Assembly: GCA_038231275.1 (NCBI GenBank)
Contig: JBBRLQ010000033.1
Location: forward strand, 12,377-76,376
DNA: 64,000 nt
Origin: Polyangiales bacterium
GTDB lineage: Bacteria > Myxococcota_A > Polyangia > Polyangiales > Polyangiaceae
Reading direction: 5' to 3'
Of the stretch, positions 28,854-39,351 are shown one piece after another. The position numbers were made by a program, and so were the translations under genes. The notes beneath the pieces are model-generated. The model saw only the letters and a list, made by a program, of their open reading frames with translations. It was not told the DNA's origin and ran no database searches. Numbering within the stretch: position 1 is the stretch's first letter; each line of letters opens with the position of its first letter.

Positions 28854-31800
28854 TCAGATATCGCCGACCCACGCCGTCGCGAGGGCCATCGTTCGGGCGT
28901 TCTCGGGGACGCGTTCGAGGAAGCTCGCGCGGAATGTCGGATCAGCGATTTTGTCGGCGAACGAGAGGAGGCGCGCGCGTGCGGCGGCGATCTGCGTGCA
29001 GCCCTCGGCGTCGTGGCCGGCGGCGCGGAGCGCTTGCGCGTAGGTGAGGCGGACGAAGGCCTCGCCCTCTTCGATGCCGCCGAGCTTGATGAGCAGATCG
29101 TAGGCGAGGGTCGCGGCCTCCAGCGCTTCTGCGGCGCGGCCGCGAGCGAGGGCGACGGACGCGAAGATCGCCATCGCAGGGCAGACCAGCGTAGGCACGT
29201 CGGTCGCGCGCTCCACGGCGGCGCTCGCTTCAATTTCTGCGCGCGCGAGATCCCCCTGCTCGGCGAGGAGCGTCGCCATGTAGACGTGCGCGAAGACGAG
29301 GATCTGGTGATCGTGTCCGGGCCCCTTCAGCGCCTCGAGGGCCGCGCGCTCGATCGCGCACCCTTCTTCGAGCGCGCCGCGGCGTGCGACGGCGAGGCCG
29401 AGGTTCATCCGCGCCGTGAGCGTGGATCCGGCGAGGTCCATCGCGTTGGCCATCGCGACGGCCTCGCGGAGCGTCGCCTCGGATTGCTCGTACGCGCCGA
29501 GCGCCGCGTAGCCGCACCCGACGTTGATGCAGGAGTGCCACATGCCGCGCCGATCTCCTGCGAGGCCGTACGCTTCGGTCGCAGCGCGCTCGAGGTCCAG
29601 GCTGGTAGACAGATCGCCGAGGACGCCGGCGTAGAGGGCCCGTGATGCGTACCAGTGCGCCGCGCAGCCCGGATCGCCGGCGGCGATGATCGCGGCGCGC
29701 GGCTCGAGGAGGCCGAGCAACGTCGCCGTGTGGTGCGTCTCGCCCATGAAGCAGAGGTAGCGCGCGACGCGCGACGCGGCGCCGACCTCCGTAGGTCCCA
29801 GGGTGGCGGTCGCGCGGAGCATCGTCTCGACGTCCACGGCGATCTCCCGCGCGCGCGGGACGTCGGCGCAGCGGACTGCGGCGATCGCGGTGTGCGCCAT
29901 CGCTTGCCACCAGGTCGTGCTACCTCGGAGCAGCGTCGCCGTTGCCTCCGCGCCTGCGGAGAGCGCCCCCACCGGATCGCCGCGCCACACCATCGCTTCG
30001 GTCTGCATGGCGCGCGCGGTGCCATAGTCCTCGCCCTTCGCGCCGCACGCGACGGCGCGATCGCAGCGCGCGATGACCGCGACGAGATCGTTGCCCTCGA
30101 GGGCCTGCGCGGCGGCGCGCAAATACCACCCGACGGCGCGCATGGCGTCGCGCCCGCGCTCGAAGTGATCGGCGAGGGTCATCGCGTCGGGCTCGCCGGA
30201 GCGCTCCAGCCACTCGGCGGCGAGGCGATGCCCGAGCGCGCCGTCCCCCTCGGTGAGCGTCGCGTACGCGGCGTCGCGGAGGAGCGTGTGGCGGAAGATG
30301 TACTCGACCTCGCCGGCAAAGCGGGCCTCGTTCCTGCGGGTGATCGCCTCACGCGACGTGAGCTCGGCGAGCCAATCGTCGCACGGCTCGTCGCCCATGA
30401 GCGCGACGACGGCGCCGCGCCAGAAGACCTGCCCGAACACGCTCGCCGCGCGCAGCACGCGACGCGCCGGGGGCTCGAACGCCTCGACGCGCGCCTGCAC
30501 CATCGCGAGCACCGTCTCGGGCAGCGAATCTCAGCGGCCTTCGGCGACCGAGCGAACGAGCTCTTCCAAGTAAAACGCGTTTCCCTGCGCCCGCTCGACG
30601 ATGCGGCCCATCGTCTCGTCGGTGACGTCGTCGCCCAGCGCGCGCCGCACCAGCTTCTCGCTCGCCTTCTTTGTGAGCGGCGAGAGCGGCAACGGCAAGA
30701 CGGCGCGATCGGACCAGAGCTTCGGGAACGCGTCCTCGACCTGCGGGCGCGCGAGGGCGACCACCATGAACGGCGCCTCCTTGAGCGTGCGGAGGGCGCT
30801 GTCGACGAAGCCGACGGACGGGAGATCCCCCCAGTGGAGATCCTCCAAGATGAGGACGAGCGGGCCGGCGGCGCACTCGGCGGCGAGCCACTCCTCCCAC
30901 GCGCGGCGGATCTGATCGCCCATGAGCACCGCGTTCTCGCGCGCCGCGCGGAGCTGCACGCGGTCGTCGTCGGGGAAGGGCGCGCCGACGAGCTCGCCGA
31001 TGAACTCTGCGTTGCGCGAGAGGTCCTCGCCGGTGAAACGCCGGCCGAGGCGCGCGCGAATTTTTTCCTGCCGGTCCGCGAGCGGCTCGCCGTCGATGAG
31101 GCCGACCGCGCGACGCAACGCCTCGCCGAGGAGACCGAACGGAGAGCCGGCGCGCATCGGATCGCCGCGACCGATCCACACCTGCGCGGGCGTCTCCGCC
31201 TGCTCGACGCGCCGATTGAGCTCGTAGCGGAGGCGGCTCTTTCCGACGCCCGCTTCGCCGGTGACCAGCACCACGCGCGGCACCGGCTCGCTCACGCACT
31301 CCTCGTAGACGGCCATGAGCGTCGCGAGCTCGCGATCGCGGCCGACGCACGCGGTCGGTTTGCCGAGGAGCGTGCGCGCGCCGTCGGCCGGCTCACGTTC
31401 GCCGAGGAGGCGCAGACCCGAGGAGGACTGCTCCACGTCGAAGCGCGCGTCGAGCAGGCCCGCCGTGAGCGCGTCGAGACGCACGGCGTCGGTGGACGCG
31501 TCGCCCGCCGCGAAGAGGCGCGCGGCGCGGTCGATCGCCTCGCCGATGGGGACGCGCCCCGAAATTTCGCCGCGGCCGGTGGCAAGCACGACCGGCGCGT
31601 CGGGACAGTGCTCGCGAACGGCCAACGCGCAGCGCGCCGCGATCGCCGCCTGATCGGTCGCGGGACGCGCAGCACCGAGCGTGATCGCGACGGATCCGTC
31701 GACCAGCGCTTCCATCCGGCCGCCGAAGCGCGCCACGGTCGCCCGCAGCGCCTCGCGCGACGCGCGCTCTTCGGCCCCCATCGAGCCCTCCTCCGCGTCG

Positions 31801-32726
31801 CGTGCTTCCCACACGTGGCGCGCGAGGATCACGGAAAGAAGCTGTTTTTCACCTGTCGTGAGCGACTCCGCGCTCGGGCGATCCATCGGCATCCGCTCGG
31901 CGACGGTCGGTCCGAGATCGCCGAGCGCCCCGAGGCGCTCCACGACGGCCCGCGCGTTCTCGGGCCGTCCCTTCGGATCCTTGCAGAGCATCGTCGCGAC
32001 GAGGACGTCGAGCTCGGGGGGAATGCCGAAGCGGATCTCCGACGGGAACGGCACCTCCTCGAAGAGGAGCTTCGCGAGCACGGCCATCGCCTCGTCGCCG
32101 CCGAATGCGCGCCGCCCGGTGAGGCACTGGAACAGGACGCAGCCGAGCGAGAACACGTCGGCGCGCGGATCGACGCGTTCGCCGCGCGCCTGCTCGGGCG
32201 CCATGAAGCCCGGCGTGCCGACCTGCATCCCCGTGCGCGTGATGACCGTCGCCTGCCGGCTCGAGCGCGCGAGACCGAAGTCGAGCAGCTTGACCTTCGT
32301 GAGATCGCCGCTCGGGAGGAAGAGATTGCGCGGCTTGATGTCGCGATGAACGAGCCCCCGATCGTGGGCCGGCGCCATCGCCTCCGCGATGCGCGACACG
32401 AGCCCCACCGACTCGGGCACGTCGAGCCCCGAGCGCGCGAGGCGCGTCGAGAGATCCTCGCCCTCGAGCCACTCCATCGCGAGGTACGCCTCGCCCGCGA
32501 GCGTCTGGCCGTGCGCGATGTATTTGACGATGCGCGGGTGGTTCAGGTCCGCGAGGATCTTCGCCTCACGAAGGAACCGCTCGTCGCGCTCCGCCTCGCG
32601 CAGCACCTTGATCGCGACCGGCGCGCCGCTGATGCGATCGTGCGCCTTGTAGACGATGCCCATCCCGCCGGAGCCCGCCACGCGCTCGATCTCGAAGCGG
32701 TCGGCGACGACGTCTCCAGGGCCCAT
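28854..32726 (-). pseudogene. Ser/Thr kinase-AAA ATPase-TPR protein interrupted by an in-frame TGA at 30533-30531
   Basis: GSGGMG, HRDIKP, DFG, GEAGVGKS, LEDLHW. The two ORFs are in frame: VAEGR*DSLPETVLAMVQAR. Confidence 0.8.
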
Positions 32727-32801
32727 TCAGCCCTTCATTATCACGCGAACACGCCCGCGGTGGGCGGGGAAGTCAGTTCGGCAACGTCCGTCCGCGGAAC
32801 G

Positions 32802-33026
32802 TCAGTCCGCGCACCAGCCGCGGGCGCGGTGCCAGCTCTCGACGCTCACCCCGGGGGAGCTGTCGCTCGACGAGCTCGACCAGTCGTGGCCGGTCGTCTC
32901 GCTGTCGTCGTCCCACTCGACCTCCAGATCAATGCTCAGACGCGCGGCCTGACGCACGGGCGCGGCGTAGGCCTCGGCGGATTGAGTGGCGCGGAGCTCG
33001 AACAGGTCAACAAGGGTCTCACGCAT
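32802..33026 (-). CDS. Small acidic Ser-rich hypothetical protein (74 aa)
   Basis: GC3-rich codons in the 3' half; sigma54-type promoter immediately upstream. Confidence 0.5.
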   Translation of the reverse strand: MRETLVDLFELRATQSAEAYAAPVRQAARLSIDLEVEWDDDSETTGHDWSSSSSDSSPGVSVESWHRARGWCAD

Positions 33027-33041
33027 GGTACCCACCCCTTC

Positions 33042-33057
33042 AGCAAGCCCCGGGCCA
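33042..33057 (-). promoter_or_regulatory. Sigma54 -24/-12 promoter
   Basis: TGGCCCGGGGCTTGCT (GG-N10-GC); AT-rich IHF-like TTTCAATATGTAG at 33095-33107. Confidence 0.55.
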
Positions 33058-33232
33058 GCGTCTCGCGCAGGTCTCCCGGCAATTTTCCCTGTTATTTCAA
33101 TATGTAGGATACGGGACAACGTTCGCCGGGTGGTTCCGCGGAGATCCGCGGCGATCGGCGGTGCCCCAGTGGGATAACGTCCTGAAACGATACGAGTGAA
33201 CGGTTACCGCCAGGACGCACGGCGGAACGACG

Positions 33233-33850
33233 ATGGCAAAGCGCAATCCCTACAAAGGCCCCGACGCCAACACGCTCCGCGCAAAGCGCGAAGGGTACCC
33301 CGCGCGCAGCGTCTTCAAGCTCGAAGAGATCGATCGCCGCGTGCGCCTCTTCCGTCCCGGCATGAGCGTGCTCGATCTCGGGGCATCGCCAGGGAGCTGG
33401 AGCCTCTACGCGATCGAGAAGATCGGCAAAGGCGGCAAGCTCCTCGCGATCGACCTGAAGGCGCTCGACGTGGCGCTCCCACCTTCGGGCACGTTCATTC
33501 TCGGAGACGCGCGAGAGAGCGCAGCGCTTTCGATGCACGCGCCGTACGATGTCGTCCTGAGCGACATGGCCCCCAACACCTCCGGAAACCGCATGGCCGA
33601 TCAGGCGCGGAGCTTCGAGCTCTTCATGTTCGCGCTCGAGGTCGCGGCGAAGACGGCGAAAGAGGGCGGCAGCTTCGTCGGCAAGATCTTCATGGGCGAG
33701 GACTTCACCCTGGCGCGCACGGAGCTGAAGAAGCACTTCGCGACCGAAAAGATCATCCGCCCCGAGGGGACGCGGAGCGTCAGCTATGAGATATTCCTGA
33801 TCGGGCAAGATCGACGGAAGCGTGAGCCGGTCGGAGGCGCCGCGCCGTGA
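33233..33850 (+). CDS. rlmE: 23S rRNA U2552 2'-O-methyltransferase
   Basis: GYPARSVFKLEEID, DLGASPGSW, SDMAPNTSG, SYEIF. Confidence 0.93.
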   Translation: MAKRNPYKGPDANTLRAKREGYPARSVFKLEEIDRRVRLFRPGMSVLDLGASPGSWSLYAIEKIGKGGKLLAIDLKALDVALPPSGTFILGDARESAALSMHAPYDVVLSDMAPNTSGNRMADQARSFELFMFALEVAAKTAKEGGSFVGKIFMGEDFTLARTELKKHFATEKIIRPEGTRSVSYEIFLIGQDRRKREPVGGAAP

Positions 33851-36800
33851 CGGCCACGATCGCCGAACAGATCACGCTCGGAGGGCGGTTCGTCGTCGAG
33901 CGCGAGGTCGGGCGCGGCGGCGTCGGCATCGTGTACCGCGCGCTCGACACGATGACCGGGCAGCCGGTGGCGCTCAAGGTCATCGCGATCGCGGGCGTGG
34001 ACGCCGGAGAAGAGGCGCGCTTCAACCGCGAAGGGCGCGTCCTCGCGGGGCTCGCGCACCCGGGGATCGTACGGCTCGTGGCGTTCGGTCAGCTCGACGA
34101 AGGGCAGCCCTACGTGGCGATGGAGTGGCTCGAAGGCGAGGACGTCGCGCAGCGATTGAAGCGCAAGCCGCTCACCTTGTTCGAGACGCTGGAGGTCGCG
34201 GCGCAAGTGGCCGAAGCCCTCGCCGCTTCGCACGACGCCGGGATCATCCACCGCGACGTCAAACCGTCGAACATCTTCCTCATCGGCAGCGGCGCGGGGG
34301 GCAGCGACGCGCTCCGGGCCAAGCTCGTCGACTTCGGCGTCGCGAGCGCGGACGACGCCAAGCTCACGCGCACCGGGGCGATCATCGGGACGCCCGCGTA
34401 CATGGCCCCGGAGCAGGCGCGCGGCGACGCCGAGGTGAGCGCGCGCGCGGATCTCTACGCGCTCGGCGCCACGTTGTTCGAGATGGTCTCCGGCCGGCCC
34501 CCCCACGTCGGGCCGACGCCGATCGCGATCCTGGCGCGCCTGGTCACGACGCCGGCGCCGCGTCTTTCGGACGTGACGGAAGAGGCTCCGCCGGGGCTCG
34601 ACGATCTGCTCGCGCGAATGCTCGACACGCACCCCGAAGAGCGGCCGGAGTCGGGGCGCGAGGTAGCGCGGGCGCTGCGGCGCATCGTGACCGAGATCAG
34701 CGCCGACACGCCGGAGCGTCTGAGCGGCGTCGAGGTGCAGCCGCTCAGCGTGATGGGCTCGGTGCCGGACATGTCGGCGCGCTCGGGCGGCGGAGGAGGG
34801 ACGCGGCTCGTGACGTCGATCCTCGCGACGTCGGTGCCCAAAGGGCCGGTGCGCGGACGCTTGCTGGCGAATTTGCGCGCGCGCGGGGCAGACGCGACCG
34901 AGCTCGGCGGCGACGCGATCGTCGCGCACCTCGGCGTGCGAAAAGCGCTGGGCGACGAGGCGGCCCGCGCGATCGAGCTCGGCGTTCGCCTCGCGCGCAC
35001 CAACGCGCAGGTCGGCGTCGCGACCGGACGCACGCGCATCGATCGCACGAGGCCTCAGGGTGAGGTCGTCGACCGCGCCGCCGCGCTGGCCCGCGACGCG
35101 CAGCGCGGACAGGTTCTCGTGGACACGACGACGAGCGAGCTGGCGCGGGGGCGCTACGAGCTCGCGGCGCGCGACGACGGCACGGCGCTCGTCCTGAGCG
35201 AGCTCCAGGCCAAGCGCGAGCAGATTGCCGGCGCGCCGTTCGTGGGGCGCGAGGCGGAGCTCGGGCAGCTCCTCTCCAGCTACGAGCGCTGCCAGGAGGA
35301 CTTGAACCCGCTCATCGCGACGGTCACCGGCGCGCCCGGCATCGGCAAGACGCGCCTCCGCCGCGAGGCCCTCTCGCGCATCTCGTCGCACGCCGCATCG
35401 CCGCGAATCGTGCTCGTGCGCTGCGAGTCGTTCTCGAAGAGCCACGCGCTCGGGGTCGTGGCGGACGTGGTGCGCGGTCTCTCGGGCGTCGCGAAGGGCG
35501 TCACGCTGGAGGCGGCGATCGAGGCGGCCAATGTCCTCATCAAGCGCGGGCCCGGCACTCAGGCGGATCCGCGCGAGCTCGTCGCGCGCCTCCTCGCGAA
35601 CGAGCCGTTGCCCGATCTCGACGCGCAGCGCGGCTCGCGCGATGCGCTGTGGGTCGCCTTGACCGACGTGGCGCTCGCCGCCGCCGAAACGACGCCGCTC
35701 GTCATCGCGCTCGAGGACGCGCAGTGGGCCGACTCCGAGAGCCTCGCGTGGGTGGACCACTTGCTGGGCCGCGCCGCGGGGCGCGCACTGTGGGTGCTGG
35801 TGACGACGCGTCCGACGCTGTGGCGCGACGATCCGACGCGGTTTTCAGGCCGGGACCACGTGAAAATCGAGCTGCGCCCGCTCTCGAAGAAGACGGTGCG
35901 CGCGATCGCCAAGGCGATGCTCGGCGACCGCGCGATCGGCGAGGCGGGCGAGGCGCTGACCGACACGATCGCGCAGCAAGCCGCCGGCTCGCCGCTCTTC
36001 GCCGAGGAGCTCGCGCGACTCGCCGCGAAGGGGCAAGACGCGACGGCCGCGGCGACGATCGAGGCCGCCATCCAAGTGCACCTCGACGCGCTCGACGACG
36101 CAGCGCGCGAGGCGGCGGCGAAGCTCAGCGTCTTCGGTCTGGTCGGATGGGACGGCGGGCTCACGGCGCTCGGTGTCTCCGGGTCGAACGACATGCTCCG
36201 TTCGCTCTCGGGCGCGGAGGTCCTCGTCGAGCAGGCGCAGTCGCGCTTCCGCGAGGCGCGGGAATGGGCGTTCAAGCACGCGCTGATGCGCGAGGTGGCG
36301 TACGCGTCGCTCGGCGAGGACATGCTCAAGGAGTGCCACGCGCGCGCCGGAAAATGGCTCGCCAAGATGGGCGAGGACGACGCGACGGTCGCGCGGCACC
36401 TCGAGCTCGGTGGACGCGCAGAAGAGGCGGCCGGCTACCTGGAGAAGGCGGCTAGGCGCGCGCTCTCGGCGAACGCGCTCGCGCAAGCCGTCAATTTCGC
36501 CGAGCGCGCGTTGGCCTTCGCAGACGACAAGCCCACCCAGTTCGCGCGCGCGCTCATCCTGGACGAGGCGTGGAACCGCCTCGACGCGCGCGCCGGCGAG
36601 CGCGACACCGCCGTCCGCGCGATGGAAGACGCCGTGTACGACGAGGCGAGCGCCGTTCGCGCGCGCGGCGCGAGGGTCCGCTACGAGGACGCGCGCGGTG
36701 GCGACAGCGAGACGAGCGCGCGCCTGGAGCAAATCGTGAAGGACGCGCGCGCCGCCGGGCTCGCTGACGAGGAGGCCCGCTGCGCCGCCGCGCTCGCTTC

Positions 36801-37758
36801 CCGCTACGCGTTCGCGGGCGAGCTCGATCGCGCCGCGCAGGTCGCCGACGATCTCCTCGCGATGGCGCAGCGTCAAGGCATCGCGGGCGCGGCGGTCGAC
36901 GCGTGGCAGACGCTCGCCGTCGTGCGCCAGACGCGCGGCGATGTCGGCGCAGCGCTCGAAGCACGGCGCAGCGCGGCGAAGGCGGCCGCCGAAGCGGGCC
37001 TCAAGACACGCGAGGCGACGCTCACGATCAACGTGGGCTTCGCGCTCACCACGCTCGGCGCGAAGACCGAGGCGCGGCAGGCCCTCGACAGCGGCATCGC
37101 CCTCGCGCAAGCCGTCGGCTCGCCCGGCACGGTGCGCCACGGCCAGATGAACCTCCTCGGCTGGACCGCCGCGTTCGGCGCCGATCCGGCGCTCGATGCG
37201 CTCCTCACCGAGCCGCGGCAGATCGCCGACAACGCGCTCAGCGGCAGCTGGGTGCCTCACGATCGCGCGACCCTCGGCGTCCTCTTTTACCGCGGCGTCG
37301 AGATCCTCCGCGGCGACGCCGGCGGGAACCCCGAGCACGCGCGCACGCTCCTCCGCACCGCCGCCGAAGGGTACCGCGCCACCAAGATGCTCGACGTCGT
37401 GCCGGTGGCGCTCGGTTTCTGGAGCGAGGCGGAACGACGCTGCGGTCAGGCCGAGCGCGCGCACGAGCTCGCGCTCGAGGCGACGCGCATGCTCGACGAG
37501 CGCGGCGCGAGCCTCCTCAACGAGGCGCCGGTGTTCCTCGCCCTCCACGACGCGTGCGTCGCGCTCGGCGATGCGGCAGGGGCCAAGGTCGCGATCGAGC
37601 GAGGCATCCCTCGCCTCGTCACGCGAATCGAAGGCCTCGCAGGAACGGCGTATCCGCATGGCTTCCTGACGGAGCTCGCCCCCAACGCCGGCCTCCTCGC
37701 CGCGGCGGAGACGTACGGCATCGTGCCGCCGAGCCTCGCCGCCGTTCTCAAGGGCTGA
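33847..37758 (+). CDS. Ser/Thr kinase-AAA ATPase-TPR protein
   Basis: GRGGVG, HRDVKPSN, DFG, FVGREAEL, GAPGIGKT, LEDAQWAD, FKHALMREVAY. Confidence 0.9.
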   Translation: MTATIAEQITLGGRFVVEREVGRGGVGIVYRALDTMTGQPVALKVIAIAGVDAGEEARFNREGRVLAGLAHPGIVRLVAFGQLDEGQPYVAMEWLEGEDVAQRLKRKPLTLFETLEVAAQVAEALAASHDAGIIHRDVKPSNIFLIGSGAGGSDALRAKLVDFGVASADDAKLTRTGAIIGTPAYMAPEQARGDAEVSARADLYALGATLFEMVSGRPPHVGPTPIAILARLVTTPAPRLSDVTEEAPPGLDDLLARMLDTHPEERPESGREVARALRRIVTEISADTPERLSGVEVQPLSVMGSVPDMSARSGGGGGTRLVTSILATSVPKGPVRGRLLANLRARGADATELGGDAIVAHLGVRKALGDEAARAIELGVRLARTNAQVGVATGRTRIDRTRPQGEVVDRAAALARDAQRGQVLVDTTTSELARGRYELAARDDGTALVLSELQAKREQIAGAPFVGREAELGQLLSSYERCQEDLNPLIATVTGAPGIGKTRLRREALSRISSHAASPRIVLVRCESFSKSHALGVVADVVRGLSGVAKGVTLEAAIEAANVLIKRGPGTQADPRELVARLLANEPLPDLDAQRGSRDALWVALTDVALAAAETTPLVIALEDAQWADSESLAWVDHLLGRAAGRALWVLVTTRPTLWRDDPTRFSGRDHVKIELRPLSKKTVRAIAKAMLGDRAIGEAGEALTDTIAQQAAGSPLFAEELARLAAKGQDATAAATIEAAIQVHLDALDDAAREAAAKLSVFGLVGWDGGLTALGVSGSNDMLRSLSGAEVLVEQAQSRFREAREWAFKHALMREVAYASLGEDMLKECHARAGKWLAKMGEDDATVARHLELGGRAEEAAGYLEKAARRALSANALAQAVNFAERALAFADDKPTQFARALILDEAWNRLDARAGERDTAVRAMEDAVYDEASAVRARGARVRYEDARGGDSETSARLEQIVKDARAAGLADEEARCAAALASRYAFAGELDRAAQVADDLLAMAQRQGIAGAAVDAWQTLAVVRQTRGDVGAALEARRSAAKAAAEAGLKTREATLTINVGFALTTLGAKTEARQALDSGIALAQAVGSPGTVRHGQMNLLGWTAAFGADPALDALLTEPRQIADNALSGSWVPHDRATLGVLFYRGVEILRGDAGGNPEHARTLLRTAAEGYRATKMLDVVPVALGFWSEAERRCGQAERAHELALEATRMLDERGASLLNEAPVFLALHDACVALGDAAGAKVAIERGIPRLVTRIEGLAGTAYPHGFLTELAPNAGLLAAAETYGIVPPSLAAVLKG

Positions 37759-37771
37759 TCCGACCGCGTTC

Positions 37772-39139
37772 ATGCGTCGCCCGCGTCCGCTGACCGTGGT
37801 CGCCCTCGTCGCGCTCGCCGCGGGCGCCGTCCTCCGCGCGCTCTACGCGCTCGTGTGGCACCCGATGATGCAGTTTCTCTTCGCCGACATGGAGGTCTAC
37901 TGGCGGTTCGCGCGCGCGTCCGTCGATCCGAGCCACCGCCCGACGATCGAGGACACGCTCTTCCCTCCGGGCGCGCCCATCTTCTTCGGGCTGCTCTCGA
38001 AGATCGACGGAACGATGCACCTCGCGCAGCTCGTCCAGCTCGCGATGGCGCTCGCAGTTCCGCTCCTCGTCTACGGAATCGCCCGCGAGCTTTACGAGCG
38101 TCGCGTCGCTCTCCTCGCCATGGCCTTCGCGAGCCTGCACCTGCCGCTCTTCGAATACTCCGGCTTTTTTCTCGCCGAAAATCCGTTCACGTTCTTCCTC
38201 CTCGTCGCATTTCTCCTCCTCGTGCGGAGCCTCCGCGAGGAGGCGAACGCCAAGCGCCCCGCGCTGGCCTTCGGGCTCGCGGCGGGCGTGGTCCTCGGTG
38301 TCTGCGTCGCGTTCAAGTCGGCGGCGCTGATGTCGGCGCTCATGGTGATGCTCGTCGTGGTGGGGCGAATGCGCTGGGGAGGGAGTCAGCGGCTTCGCGC
38401 CGGACGGGCCCTCGCGGCGGCGGCGGTCGGCCTCACGCTCTTGCTCGTCCCGCTCGCGATCCGCGCGACGCGCCTCAACGAGGGGCGCTTTTGCCTCGTC
38501 GCCAACGAGGCGTCGCGCGGAATCCTCCTCGGGCATCACGGCGACGACTCGCTCGCCAAGTTCGAAGACTACCAACGCGGCTACTACTACGAGTTCGGCT
38601 ACTCGACCGCGATGGAACGAGGCCGCCACGGCGTCGTCATCCTGACCGCGGGCCCGTGGGACAACGATCGCGTCCTCGCCGAGGCGTGGCGGTGGACGAA
38701 GCTCCATCCGACGCGCTCGATCGCCCTCGGCTTCGAGCACATCTTCGATCTCTTCATCTCGCGCCCGTGGCCGAGCGCCGGCGATCGCGTCCTCGCCCGC
38801 GCCACGCAGCTCACGCGGCTCGGCTACCAGCCGATCCTCCTCCTCCCCGCGGGCCTCGGGCTCGCGATGCTCCTCTGGCCGTGGCGGAAGAGCCGCCCTG
38901 GCCTCGGCGCCGACCTCTTGGTGCTCGCGCCGATCGCGGGGATTTGCGCGTCGGCGTTCCTTGCGGTCGGCGAATCGCGGTACCGGGCGCCGTTCGACGG
39001 CTTCCTGGTCGTGCTGGCCGCCCGCGGCTACGTCGCGCTGTGGGACGCGATCACTTCCCGCATCCGATCCCTACGTCGACCACGTCCACCTCGTTCGGCG
39101 GCATCCCCGACGCCGACCCGTCCGGATCCATCACCTTGA
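37772..39139 (+). CDS. Membrane glycosyltransferase, GT39/ArnT-like
   Basis: Many TMs; FPPG, LAENPF, ESRYRAP. Confidence 0.65.
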   Translation: MRRPRPLTVVALVALAAGAVLRALYALVWHPMMQFLFADMEVYWRFARASVDPSHRPTIEDTLFPPGAPIFFGLLSKIDGTMHLAQLVQLAMALAVPLLVYGIARELYERRVALLAMAFASLHLPLFEYSGFFLAENPFTFFLLVAFLLLVRSLREEANAKRPALAFGLAAGVVLGVCVAFKSAALMSALMVMLVVVGRMRWGGSQRLRAGRALAAAAVGLTLLLVPLAIRATRLNEGRFCLVANEASRGILLGHHGDDSLAKFEDYQRGYYYEFGYSTAMERGRHGVVILTAGPWDNDRVLAEAWRWTKLHPTRSIALGFEHIFDLFISRPWPSAGDRVLARATQLTRLGYQPILLLPAGLGLAMLLWPWRKSRPGLGADLLVLAPIAGICASAFLAVGESRYRAPFDGFLVVLAARGYVALWDAITSRIRSLRRPRPPRSAASPTPTRPDPSP

Positions 39140-39198
39140 TCTCGATGGCCACCCTTCTTGGCGCGGGCGCGGCCAAGCCAGAGCGACGCGACCCGGCC
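39051..39198 (-). pseudogene. Frameshifted 3' remnant of a paralog of the 39352..40479 lipoprotein
   Basis: GRVASLWLGRARAKKGGH/+1 nt at 39144/EIKVMDPDGS...VDVVDVGIGCGK* aligns with GRIVSLWLGR...GHELKIMNADGS...VDVVDIGIGCAR*. Confidence 0.8.
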
Positions 39199-39249
39199 GG
39201 CGACGTGTTGCTCTCTCTCGGGGAGGCTCGGAGAGCGCTCGCGCCACGC

Positions 39250-39325
39250 GAGGGAGCGGAGGAGGATTTGTCGGTTTGAACCCAGGCACCATTGCCCGAA
39301 GCCCAAAACCCTCCTCCGCTCCCTC
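39250..39325. repeat. 16-bp perfect inverted repeat (REP/MITE-like)
   Basis: GAGGGAGCGGAGGAGG (39250-39265) and CCTCCTCCGCTCCCTC (39310-39325). Confidence 0.8.
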
Positions 39326-39351
39326 TCGGAGCGGAGCCGGCGAGACGCGTC

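Noticed and set aside
30531..30533. Selenocysteine at the in-frame TGA
   Set aside because: Linker position with no Cys or redox context; I could not identify a convincing SECIS; a Gly codon change is simpler.
29655..33107. 1150-aa plus-strand ORF and many similar Arg/Ala-rich long ORFs
   Set aside because: Stop-poor alternative frames typical of high-GC DNA, overlapping motif-bearing genes.
33150..33225. Possible riboswitch or ncRNA before rlmE (CGTCCTG/CAGGACG stem)
   Set aside because: Single 7-bp stem with no recognisable family motif.
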